62,935 nucleotides of DNA from assembly GCA_964544265.1 (NCBI GenBank), contig CAZJBD010000003.1, forward strand, positions 1 through 62,935, written 5' to 3'. Below are positions 17,898-26,634 of the stretch, one piece after another. The notes beneath the pieces were generated by a model, which was not told the origin of the DNA, searched no databases, and saw nothing but the letters and a program-made list of their open reading frames with translations. The stretch is from an uncultured Eubacteriales bacterium (GTDB lineage: Bacteria > Acidobacteriota > Aminicenantia > Aminicenantales > Saccharicenantaceae). The position numbers were made by a program, and so were the translations under genes. Within the stretch, counting starts at the first letter, position 1; every line of letters starts with the position of its first letter.

Positions 17898-19076
17898 TCA
17901 ATCGACATAGAGCAAGAGCCCTTTGAGGTACTCCGTTTCCGGGTGGTAGATATTGATCGGATGGTCCGAAGCCTGGCGATGCCTCTGGAGGATTCGGACG
18001 TTCCTCGATGCCTCGGCGGCGGCCTCGAAAACGATCTTCTGGAAAAGCCGTTCGTGCACGAAATGGGAGCAGGAAAAGGTCAGGACAAAACCCCCGGCCG
18101 AGACCTTCTGGAGCGCAAGACGGTTGATATCCTTATATCCCTTCCCGGCTTGCGGGACGTCGCCCTTCTTCTTGGCGAAGGCCGGGGGGTCGAGGATGAT
18201 GAAGTCATAGCCTGCAACCGGCCCGCGCAGGAACGAGAAGACATCGGCCTCGATAAACCCGTGCTCCTCGGGCCGAAGACCGTTGAGGCGGAAGTTCTGC
18301 TTTGCCAGCTCGAGGGCCGGGCCCGATGTGTCCACGGAATCCACTCGGGCCGCCCCGCCCAGCAGGGCATAAACGGAGTATCCGCCCGTATAACAAAAAC
18401 AGTTGAGCACACGCCGATCGGAGGCCAGAAATCCGGCGAACTTCCGCATCTCACGCTGGTCGAGGTAGAAGCCTGTTTTCTGAGATTCGACTATGTCCAC
18501 CAGGAAGTTCCGTCCGTTCTCCCGGATCAAGATCTTTTTGACCTGTCCTCCGAAGAGGAATCCCGCTTGATCCTCCAGCCCTTCTTCCCGACGCGACTGC
18601 AGGTTAGATTTTTCGTAGATCGATGCCGGGCCGAGCTCCTGGACCAGCGTCTCGATGATGAAATTCCGCAGCTTATCCATGCCCAGGGTCGCGATCTGGA
18701 CGACGAGGGTCGTGTCATACTTGTCCACGATGAGGCCGGGGATGCCGTCTCCCTCGGCGTTGATTAAGCGATAGGCGTTTGTTTCCTTGCCCTCGCCGAA
18801 AAGCTCATTTCGGACGGCGATTGACCTTTGGACGTTCTTGCGGAGGGCGGTGAACGGGTCTCCGGGGCCGAAGCTGACCATCCGGCCGGTGACGGAACAC
18901 TTCCTGTTGAAATAAGCGTAGCCGAGCGGCGATCCTTCATGGCTTGAAACGGGGTACAAGCCTCCGTCGATAAGATCTTCGGGAAGGCTTTCCACCGCGC
19001 CCGAGAAGATCCAGTGATGGCGGTTCCTGATCGGTTTGTCCTTGCCTTTGCGCAGGACCACGGCCTTGTCTGTCAT
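17898..19076 (-). CDS. rlmI: 23S rRNA m5C methyltransferase RlmI-like (PUA plus class I SAM methyltransferase)
   Basis: N-terminal KPIRNRHHWIFSGAV, SAM motif LNCFCYTGGYS and DPPAFAK. ATG 19076 forms an ATGA overlap with the Nudix stop. Confidence 0.8.
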   Translation of the reverse strand: MTDKAVVLRKGKDKPIRNRHHWIFSGAVESLPEDLIDGGLYPVSSHEGSPLGYAYFNRKCSVTGRMVSFGPGDPFTALRKNVQRSIAVRNELFGEGKETNAYRLINAEGDGIPGLIVDKYDTTLVVQIATLGMDKLRNFIIETLVQELGPASIYEKSNLQSRREEGLEDQAGFLFGGQVKKILIRENGRNFLVDIVESQKTGFYLDQREMRKFAGFLASDRRVLNCFCYTGGYSVYALLGGAARVDSVDTSGPALELAKQNFRLNGLRPEEHGFIEADVFSFLRGPVAGYDFIILDPPAFAKKKGDVPQAGKGYKDINRLALQKVSAGGFVLTFSCSHFVHERLFQKIVFEAAAEASRNVRILQRHRQASDHPINIYHPETEYLKGLLLYVD

Positions 19077-19516
19077 GACTTGCACCCTCTCGTTCCATCG
19101 TCGGATCGTCCGCGAGGAAAGATGGCCGCGGCCACCCGGCGATCAGGCTCGGCAAGGTTGAAATCCTCGAGGCTCTCCGGCTCGATCCAGCGGATCTCAT
19201 CATGATCATGACACCGGACCTCTCCGGCCAAAAGGCTGGTCCTGAAGGCCATCAATTCAATGGAAAGCCCGGACGTTTCGAACGAAACGGAGCACAGGAG
19301 TTCTTTTGTTTCGGCCTCGACGCCCAACTCCTCGCGGAGTTCCCGCCGCAGGCATTCCTCCGGGCTCTCCCCTGCTTCGATTTTTCCCCCCGGAAACTCC
19401 CACCGGCCCTCGAAACGATCGCCCTTCTTCCGTCTGGCAATAAGAACCTTGCCGCCGCGCTCGATGACGGCTGCAGTCACCTTGAAAGCCGGCCCTCTCG
19501 CTCCCTTTGAGTTCAT
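19073..19516 (-). CDS. Nudix hydrolase (MutT-like)
   Basis: Nudix box GGKIEAGESPEECLRRELREELGV. ATG 19516 is preceded by GAGGAGGTGA. The longer ORF begins with TTG and has no SD. Confidence 0.8.
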   Translation of the reverse strand: MNSKGARGPAFKVTAAVIERGGKVLIARRKKGDRFEGRWEFPGGKIEAGESPEECLRRELREELGVEAETKELLCSVSFETSGLSIELMAFRTSLLAGEVRCHDHDEIRWIEPESLEDFNLAEPDRRVAAAIFPRGRSDDGTRGCKS

Positions 19517-19680
19517 CCGATCATTCACCTCCTCAATATTATCGGGTTGCCCTTGTCTTGACAAGCTCTACTGGTCCGAAGGAAACCCATCCTCCGACCT
19601 CTGCCGGAGACACGGACCTCTTAGCTCCCTTGATTGGCCATAGCCCTTCTCCATGCCCTCCTCTTACGCCAATCGATAGC

Positions 19681-19711
19681 TTAACTTTAGAGAGCGTCTT
19701 TGTGCTACAAT
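19681..19711 (+). promoter_or_regulatory. Candidate promoter giving a leaderless or near-leaderless glgA mRNA
   Basis: TACAAT at 19706..19711 lies only 6 nt before ATG 19718, with a TTAACT-like -35 at 19681..19686. There is no SD before the ATG. Confidence 0.3.
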
Positions 19712-19717
19712 CGCCGC

Positions 19718-21166
19718 ATGATGAAGATCGCGTTCTTAGTATCCGAGGCCATCCCGTATGCCAAGACCGGAGGCTTGGCGGACGTCGCCGGAGCCCTGCC
19801 CAAGTACCTGAACAAGCTCGGCGCCGATGCCAGGCTCTTCATCCCTCTTTATAGGGAGGTCAGGAAAAAGGGTTTGCCTCTCAAAACCGCCCTGGACCGC
19901 GTCGAAGTCAATCTTGGCGGGCGGAAAACGGCCTTTGCCGTTAAGACGCATTCCGGAAGCGGTCTTACTGCCTATTTCATAGAAAAGGACGAGTATTTCG
20001 ACCGGGATTGCCTTTATGGGACCGCGGCCGGTGATTATCCGGACAACGGCGAGCGTTTCGGGTTCTATTCCCTAGCCGCCCTCGAGACCATCCAACGACT
20101 CGGCTTTGCTCCGGACGTCTTGCACTGCCATGATTGGCAGTCGGCCATCGCCTTGGCGTATCTTAGGACCGTACGGGTTCACGACCCTTTGTTCGCGGGG
20201 ACGCGCTCGCTATTCACCATCCACAATCTCGCCTACCAAGGGCTTTTCGGAAAAGATATCCTTGGGACTATAGGTCTTCCAGAATCCCTCTTCAATATGA
20301 ACGACCTGGAATTCTGGGGGAAGGTGAACTTTCTTAAGGCAGGCATTCTTTATTCTACGGCCGTCAGCACCGTAAGCCCGCGCTACAGCCGCGAGATCCA
20401 GACGCCCGAATTCGGTTGCGGCCTGGATGGGCTCCTGCGCACTCGGTCCAGGGCTCTCTTCGGGCTCCTAAACGGCGCCGATTACGCGGCTTGGGATCCC
20501 GCAACGGATCCGCTCATCCCCGACCATTACAGGGCTTCTGACCTCGAAGGCAAGAAGGTCTGCAAGGCAGAGCTTCTCAAGACGTTCGGTCTCACCGGCG
20601 GGGCGGAAACCCCCGTGGTCGGGATCGTGTCTCGTCTGGCCGGCCAGAAAGGATTGGACATCGTGTGTGATGCTCTCCCCTCCCTCTTTGCGCTCGGCGT
20701 TCGGCTCATAATCCTGGGAACCGGAGAAGCGAAAATCCAAGATAGCCTTCTCAAAGCCCAGAAGGCCTATCAAACCCAGCTCGGCCTAAAGATCGCCTTT
20801 GATGAAAGGATCGCCCGCACGATCTACGCCGGCAGCGACATGTTCCTAATCCCTTCCCGTTATGAACCCTGCGGCCTAACCCAAATGTACAGCCTTCGCT
20901 ATGGTACGGTGCCCGTTGTCAGGGCCACGGGCGGGTTGGATGACAGCATCCAGGAGTTCGATCCCTCAACCGGATCGGGGAACGGCTTCAAGTTTGAGGA
21001 GGCCTCATCGGAGGCCCTTGTCGCGGCCGTAAGGAAGGCGATCGCCGCGTTTGCGCGTCCCCATGACTGGCTGGCCATCATCCGGAACGCCATGAATAGC
21101 GATTTTTCCTGGGAAAGGTCCGCCGAGGCATATATAGACATTTACAGGAAGCTCGCTGTCCTCTGA
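19718..21166 (+). CDS. glgA: Glycogen synthase (ADP-glucose type, GT5)
   Basis: MMKIAFLVSEAIPYAKTGGLADV (KTGGL motif) and full-length GlgA-type sequence. Confidence 0.9.
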   Translation: MMKIAFLVSEAIPYAKTGGLADVAGALPKYLNKLGADARLFIPLYREVRKKGLPLKTALDRVEVNLGGRKTAFAVKTHSGSGLTAYFIEKDEYFDRDCLYGTAAGDYPDNGERFGFYSLAALETIQRLGFAPDVLHCHDWQSAIALAYLRTVRVHDPLFAGTRSLFTIHNLAYQGLFGKDILGTIGLPESLFNMNDLEFWGKVNFLKAGILYSTAVSTVSPRYSREIQTPEFGCGLDGLLRTRSRALFGLLNGADYAAWDPATDPLIPDHYRASDLEGKKVCKAELLKTFGLTGGAETPVVGIVSRLAGQKGLDIVCDALPSLFALGVRLIILGTGEAKIQDSLLKAQKAYQTQLGLKIAFDERIARTIYAGSDMFLIPSRYEPCGLTQMYSLRYGTVPVVRATGGLDDSIQEFDPSTGSGNGFKFEEASSEALVAAVRKAIAAFARPHDWLAIIRNAMNSDFSWERSAEAYIDIYRKLAVL

Positions 21167-21276
21167 CGTCCGACAGGGTCGGCCCGTGTCCCTCATCCAG
21201 TAGTATTGAAAATTGACGGGTGAACCCCTTCATGGGGCGTTGATTTCGACCTCACTCTCGGAGTCGGTGCCGTCTC

Positions 21277-22647
21277 CTATCGGATCAACAGGAAGGCCTT
21301 TTGACCCCCGTCGGCGAATATGCAGCCCTCGGTCGTGAAAATGGCGTCATCCTCGTAGCCGATGCGAACATCCTGGCCGTCCCACTCGGAGACCTTGGTC
21401 GTGGCGCTGAATTCGATGGAATGCATTGTATTCAGATAAAGCGGATATTCCCCTCGGAGGCGGGATCCCTCCGGCGCGCTTTCCAGCGCTCGGGCGTCGA
21501 TCGGCGGGCCGGCGGCATGGCCATAAACCCCGATGGGATGCGTGTAGATGAGCGGTCGCAGACCCTCGGCTTCGGCTTTCTTCATAGCGGAGTCCACGAC
21601 CTCATTCCCCTTTCGGCCTTCGCGGAACTCCGCCATGAGGATGTCCGCCACCCTGCCGGCGTTGGCCAAGGCTTGCTTCAGGCCCTCCGGGGCGTCTGTT
21701 TCCCCGGTTTGCAGCACGTACGCTGACCATTGCATATCGGTATAGAGGCCAAGATACCTGATCCCGATATCGCAGTGGAGAAGATCGCCCCTCCGGATGA
21801 CGTTTTTATCCTTATATTCGGCCTCTTTTGTTTTGCTTCTCTGAATATGGATCGAGGGATGGAACCAGGGGTCGACACCCAAATCCCTCACCTTTTGCCG
21901 GAACGACCATTCCACATCCTCCGTTGTCGTGATATCCGGGACGATGACTCGATTAGAGAAAAATCCGGCGATGAGGTCGTGGCTGATCCCGCAGACATGC
22001 CGGTAGACGCTCAACTCCTGCCGACTTCGGGTCTCCAGCCAGCCGATACACAGCCGGTCGGCAGACACCAGCCTTTTAGAGTATTCGGGGCCGAGAGCGC
22101 TGACCAGCTTGTCTTTCAGTCCGGCCGTCAAATGATCTCCGTAACCCCAGAGCGGAGAGGTGTTGATCCCTATTTTCTTAGGGTTCATCTTTTTGATCAC
22201 CTCGGCCAGGCTTCCAAACTGAGTTTTGTTCTTTTTGTCAAGCCAAGTGGGTTTATACCAGTCGCCGATTCCGGAACTCCCTCCGGACAGCCTCTCCACG
22301 CCCAGCTCTTTTCCCCGGTCGTGAAATATCAGGATGGAGGTTCTGACGACATAGAGGCTCGTTGAGGGTAGCAAGGTGAAATAAACCGGACCTGGATCCG
22401 GTTCATTGCAGATGACGAGCCAGAGGTCGATTCCTTCCCTCCTCATCAATTCCGGGAGGATGTTGTCCAGCCTCCACCTCAGCCACTCATCCATGATCCG
22501 CGCCCGTTCCCTTTCCGGCAGAATATTCATGCTGTCAACGGCGGGCCTGAATTGGGAACCCGCGGAAAAAGAACCGGCCAGGATCAGAACCCACGAAAAG
22601 CTGGAGAAAAGTTTGAGCATCCGCGTCCGTGCCGCCTTCGCAGTCAT
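21277..22647 (-). CDS. M24 family Xaa-Pro peptidase, secreted
   Basis: Metal-ligand motifs LHCDIG, HPIGVYGH, SIEF and GYEDD. Start at M66 (GGAGAGGAGG upstream) gives a signal-like N-terminus MTAKAARTRMLKLFSSFSWVLILAGSFSAGS. Confidence 0.8.
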   Translation of the reverse strand: MTAKAARTRMLKLFSSFSWVLILAGSFSAGSQFRPAVDSMNILPERERARIMDEWLRWRLDNILPELMRREGIDLWLVICNEPDPGPVYFTLLPSTSLYVVRTSILIFHDRGKELGVERLSGGSSGIGDWYKPTWLDKKNKTQFGSLAEVIKKMNPKKIGINTSPLWGYGDHLTAGLKDKLVSALGPEYSKRLVSADRLCIGWLETRSRQELSVYRHVCGISHDLIAGFFSNRVIVPDITTTEDVEWSFRQKVRDLGVDPWFHPSIHIQRSKTKEAEYKDKNVIRRGDLLHCDIGIRYLGLYTDMQWSAYVLQTGETDAPEGLKQALANAGRVADILMAEFREGRKGNEVVDSAMKKAEAEGLRPLIYTHPIGVYGHAAGPPIDARALESAPEGSRLRGEYPLYLNTMHSIEFSATTKVSEWDGQDVRIGYEDDAIFTTEGCIFADGGQKAFLLIR

Positions 22648-22721
22648 CACGTCTTTCCTCCTCTCCTTACATAGATGGATTCGACCTATCCATCCGTAGA
22701 ATCCGAGTGCGGTCAGAAGCC

Positions 22722-23747
22722 TTATTGATCTCCCCTCAGGTATGCCGCAGCCGACTCGGGCGGAACGGGATTGATATAGAATCCTGTCCCCCATTCGAAG
22801 CCGGCGACCTTGGTCAGCACGGGCAGGATCTCCATATGCCAATGGAAATATTGTTCGATTTCCGGCCAGGCCCTTTGGGAGACCGTCGGATTCGGGGCCT
22901 GATGAAGAATTAGATTAAAGGGCGGATCGGAGAGAGTCGTTTTCAGCCGCCTGAGCACCGTTTTTAGAACCCCCGCCAGCGAGGCCAGCTCTTCATTCCC
23001 CTCGGTCGTAAAGAACGGGGAATGGCGGAGGGGGTAGATGGCCATTTCGAACGGGGACCTGGACGCGAAGGGTGTGATCACGCAAAACCGGTCGTTCCTG
23101 AGGACGAGGCGTTCGTTGAGGGTCGTTTCATCCCTGAGCGTCCGGCAGAAGATGCATTCTTTATGGGTTCGGAAAAGTCTCTCCGAGCCATAGACTTCTT
23201 CTTTCACCCTCTTGGGAACGATGGGGGTGGCCACAATCTGCGAGTGAGGATGGCTGAGGGAAGCCCCGGCCTCCTTGCCCTTATTCTTAAAGACCTGGAC
23301 ATACTGGTAATGAAGGTCTTCTTCGATGGCCCTTATCCTCTCCCGGTAGACTCTGAGGACGTCCCGGATGTGGTTTGTTTCGAGGTCGCCCAGCTCCTTG
23401 TCGTGGTCTGGATTCTCGATGATGACCTCGTGGACGCCGACTCCGGGCATCCATTGGAAGACCCCCCTAAAAGATTTAGGCGGCGGCGCGCCTGGGCTCA
23501 AGGCAGGGAATTTGTTCGTTACGACCCGGACCCGCCAGCCCGGGCCGTTGGGGGACGTGCCGCTCTCCCGCAGGGCAAAGACTTCCGGGGGCGTCTTTGA
23601 TTCGTTTCCCAGGCAGAACGGACAGAATCCCGATCGCCCTTCTCTTTTCTCCGGGGAGGCGGGGCGGAAATCGTCAGGCCGCTTGCTTCGTTCCGAGGCG
23701 ATGATCACCCACCGTCCGCTGACCAGATCCTTTCTCAGCTCGGACAT
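22722..23747 (-). CDS. galT: GalT-family (HIT branch III) hexose-1-phosphate nucleotidyltransferase / NDP-sugar phosphorylase
   Basis: CPFCLGNE Zn motif and SHPHSQIV (HxHxQ active site), 341 aa. The ATG directly abuts the response-regulator stop (TAGATG). Confidence 0.75.
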   Translation of the reverse strand: MSELRKDLVSGRWVIIASERSKRPDDFRPASPEKREGRSGFCPFCLGNESKTPPEVFALRESGTSPNGPGWRVRVVTNKFPALSPGAPPPKSFRGVFQWMPGVGVHEVIIENPDHDKELGDLETNHIRDVLRVYRERIRAIEEDLHYQYVQVFKNKGKEAGASLSHPHSQIVATPIVPKRVKEEVYGSERLFRTHKECIFCRTLRDETTLNERLVLRNDRFCVITPFASRSPFEMAIYPLRHSPFFTTEGNEELASLAGVLKTVLRRLKTTLSDPPFNLILHQAPNPTVSQRAWPEIEQYFHWHMEILPVLTKVAGFEWGTGFYINPVPPESAAAYLRGDQ

Positions 23748-24101
23748 CTAAGGTTTCACCAGTTCGCGAACCTTGGCCTTGAGCTCGGCGAGGGAGGAGG
23801 ACTTGACGACATAAGCGTCAGCGGCCCAGGTCATGAAGTCCTCCTTGTAGCTCTGATAAGCGGTATTGATGATGATCGGGATGTCCTTCCTCAAGCCCAT
23901 GATTTGAGCGATGAGCTCGACACCGTTCTTCCCCGGCATGCGGATGTCGGTGATGATCAGATCGAAAGTCTTGTTTTTGATGGCATCCAGGGCCGAATCG
24001 GCATCGTGAACGGACGTCACTTCATAGCCTTCTGCAGACAGCTCTTCTTCGTAGAGGAGACAGAGCGGCTGCTCGTCTTCCACGAGGAGTATCTTTTTCA
24101 T
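23748..24101 (-). CDS. Single-domain response regulator (CheY-like receiver only)
   Basis: MKKILLVEDE, LIITDIRMPG (phospho-Asp), INTAY, YVVKS. AAAGGAGG upstream. ATGA overlap with the kinase stop. Confidence 0.85.
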   Translation of the reverse strand: MKKILLVEDEQPLCLLYEEELSAEGYEVTSVHDADSALDAIKNKTFDLIITDIRMPGKNGVELIAQIMGLRKDIPIIINTAYQSYKEDFMTWAADAYVVKSSSLAELKAKVRELVKP

Positions 24102-25453
24102 TGGGGGGACCTCCTTTCTTGGCATTGGAATAATAGGCGGAACCGGGTCCCTTTGCCTTCCCGGCTTTCGACTTCGATTTTCCCGCCGCAGGCGTCCATG
24201 ACCCGCTTGACGAAGGGCAGCCCCAGGCCCATCCCCTTTTCTTTTGTTGTGAAGAAGGGTGTGAAGAGCTTCGTCTTATCGGCTTCAGAGATCCCCCCGC
24301 CGGCGTCCTTGACGCTTACGACGAAAACCTTTTTGCCCTTAGCATAGGCGAGGACAGTTATCTTTCCGTTCTCGGGAGTGGCTTCGATGGCGTTTTCCAG
24401 AATATTACGGAAGACCTCCCCAACATAGGTCGGGTCGCAAAGGACCTGGGGGGGACACTTGGCGATCCGGACGTTCAGCCGGACACCCCGGCTTTTCACC
24501 TTGGCCTTTATCTCCGGGCTCTCGATGACCGATTCGAGGACGGGCCGGGCGTCGAAGGCGACCGGCTCCTTGAGACGGACCTTGAGAAAGTGGGCGATCT
24601 GGTAAACAATCTCCTCCAGCCTTTTTGTCTCATCCCGGATAATGCGCAGATCGCGGTTCCTTTTCTCTTCGTCGAGGTCCGGCTGAAGGAGTTGTTCCGT
24701 GAAGCCGCCTATGGTCACCAAGGGATTTCTAATCTGGTGGGTGACAAAGACCGCCATCTCGCCCAGGGCGGCCATCTTTTCCGCCTCGACGAGCTTTTTA
24801 TGCAGGGAAGCGGAATAGACGTAGTTCCCCGCGATCAGACCGCAGATAACCGCCAATTTGATATCCTGGGGGGCGATCGGCGCCTTGGTGAAGGCATTGT
24901 CCAGAATGATCTCCCCCAGGACTTCGTTCCTGGCGAGCAGAGGAATGCAGACGAAATCATCCATATCAATGATCTCCAGAAATCTGGGGTCCACCAGGGG
25001 CTCGTTCTTGGCGTCCTTGACTAAAAGAATGTCTTTATCCCTGGCCGGGAGAGCGGGGATAAAGAGCGGTTCCCCGCTCAGGGAATAGCGCAGGTTCCGG
25101 ATGCGCCGGCTCAAGGCGTCCCGGCTCTTGCTGATCAGGGAACGGTTGTATTCGATGACCTCAACGTAGCCGATGCCGGGGGTCGATAGGACCTCCCAGA
25201 CGTTCTGGGCTTCCTCGGCCGACCTCGGGCCAAGCCACATCTCGCCGCGCAGGGTGTCGCCATCCTTGAGGAAAAGCATGGCCCGGTTGAATCCGACTCC
25301 GGAGCCTGAAGTCAGGGCGGTCAGCAGGACCAGGAGGTTATCCTCCAGGGAGAAAGGCTGGACGAAACCCTGGGAAATGATGGAGAGGAGCATGAGCTCG
25401 CGGGGGGTTTCCTTCTGGACCTCAGAAAAAAAGAAGCTGTATTTCTCGATCAT
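24098..25453 (-). CDS. Cytoplasmic GAF-domain sensor histidine kinase
   Basis: N-terminal GAF-like region, H-box FVTHQIRNPL, and N and G boxes (NILENAIEAT, GMGLGLPFVK). No TM segments. ATGA overlap with the glgC stop. Confidence 0.85.
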   Translation of the reverse strand: MIEKYSFFFSEVQKETPRELMLLSIISQGFVQPFSLEDNLLVLLTALTSGSGVGFNRAMLFLKDGDTLRGEMWLGPRSAEEAQNVWEVLSTPGIGYVEVIEYNRSLISKSRDALSRRIRNLRYSLSGEPLFIPALPARDKDILLVKDAKNEPLVDPRFLEIIDMDDFVCIPLLARNEVLGEIILDNAFTKAPIAPQDIKLAVICGLIAGNYVYSASLHKKLVEAEKMAALGEMAVFVTHQIRNPLVTIGGFTEQLLQPDLDEEKRNRDLRIIRDETKRLEEIVYQIAHFLKVRLKEPVAFDARPVLESVIESPEIKAKVKSRGVRLNVRIAKCPPQVLCDPTYVGEVFRNILENAIEATPENGKITVLAYAKGKKVFVVSVKDAGGGISEADKTKLFTPFFTTKEKGMGLGLPFVKRVMDACGGKIEVESREGKGTRFRLLFQCQERRSPQ

Positions 25454-26634
25454 ATCGGCTTCCAGTTCTTGGGGACGACGCGCACGCCTTCCTTACTGAT
25501 CTTGAAGTTCCTAGCGTCGTCCTCATCCGAGAAGCCGATGGCGAAGTCTTCAGGGATTAAGGACTGTTTGTCGATAATGACCTTCCGGACCCTGGCTCCC
25601 CTTCCAATCTCGACATCCTCGAAGAGGATGGAATCCTCAACCTCGGCGCCCTCGAGCACCCGGACTCCGGGCGAAAGGATCGAGTTGCGGATCTTGCTCC
25701 CCCGAATCGAGCAGCCGGAACTCAGGATGGACTGCAGGATGTCTCCGTTCTCGATGAAAGCCGGGGGGTATTGCGGCCTGTAGCTACGAATCGGCCAGGA
25801 AGGGTCTTTGAGGGGAATGGGGGGGGACGGCGAAAGAAAGTCCATGTTTGCCCGCCAATAAGCATCGATGGTGCCGATATCCTCCCAGTAATCGTCGAAG
25901 ACGTAGGCGTAAATCCCGTACTCGCGAACGAGCTTGGGGAGGACGTCTTTTCCGAAGTCATGAGAACTCCCGGGGTGGCGGGCGTCCTTGATCAGCGCCT
26001 TGATCAGGATGGGCGTCCTAAACACATAGACACCCATCGAGGCCAGAGATTTCTCCGGGTCCCATGGAAGAACGGGCGGCTTCTTGGGCTTCTCCAGAAA
26101 ATCGACGATCCGGCTTTCCCTGTCGACCTCCATGATGCCGAAACGGGAGGCATCCGCGGCCGGGACGATCTTGGCCAGGACGACCGCGTCGGCATTCCTG
26201 CCCGTGTAAAAATTTAGGACCTTCCCGTAATCGGCCCGGTAAACGTGGTCGCCGGATAAAACCAGCACGGCCTCCGGATTCGCCTGCTGGATGGAGTAGA
26301 TGTTCTGGAAAACGGCGTCCGCCGTGCCTTCGTACCAATGATCGCTCACCCGCCCCTGGGCCGGGAGAGAGATGATGTAGTCGCCGCTTTCAGAGTGAAA
26401 GATGTTCCATCCGCGCTGGATATGTCGCTCGAGGGAAAGGGATTTGTACTGGTTGAGCAGGGCGATCCGGCGCAAGCCGGAATTGAGGGCGTTGGAAAGG
26501 CTGAAATCGATGATCCGATAGGCGCCAAGGAACGGGACGGACGGCTTGGCCCTGTCCTTGGTCAAAGGATAGAGCCTCTCCCCTTTGCCGCCGCAGAGGA
26601 CCATGACCAGGATCCGTTCAGATAACGCGTCCAT
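25450..26634 (-). CDS. glgC: Glucose-1-phosphate adenylyltransferase
   Basis: LCGGKGERLYPLTKDRAKPSVPF signature plus the left-handed beta-helix C-terminus. Confidence 0.9.
   Translation of the reverse strand: MDALSERILVMVLCGGKGERLYPLTKDRAKPSVPFLGAYRIIDFSLSNALNSGLRRIALLNQYKSLSLERHIQRGWNIFHSESGDYIISLPAQGRVSDHWYEGTADAVFQNIYSIQQANPEAVLVLSGDHVYRADYGKVLNFYTGRNADAVVLAKIVPAADASRFGIMEVDRESRIVDFLEKPKKPPVLPWDPEKSLASMGVYVFRTPILIKALIKDARHPGSSHDFGKDVLPKLVREYGIYAYVFDDYWEDIGTIDAYWRANMDFLSPSPPIPLKDPSWPIRSYRPQYPPAFIENGDILQSILSSGCSIRGSKIRNSILSPGVRVLEGAEVEDSILFEDVEIGRGARVRKVIIDKQSLIPEDFAIGFSDEDDARNFKISKEGVRVVPKNWKPI

Noticed and set aside
17418-18767. 449-aa plus-strand ORF
   Set aside because: It spans the antisense of two well-supported genes (the Cas4-like nuclease and rlmI) and has a low-complexity D/E/L/V/R composition.
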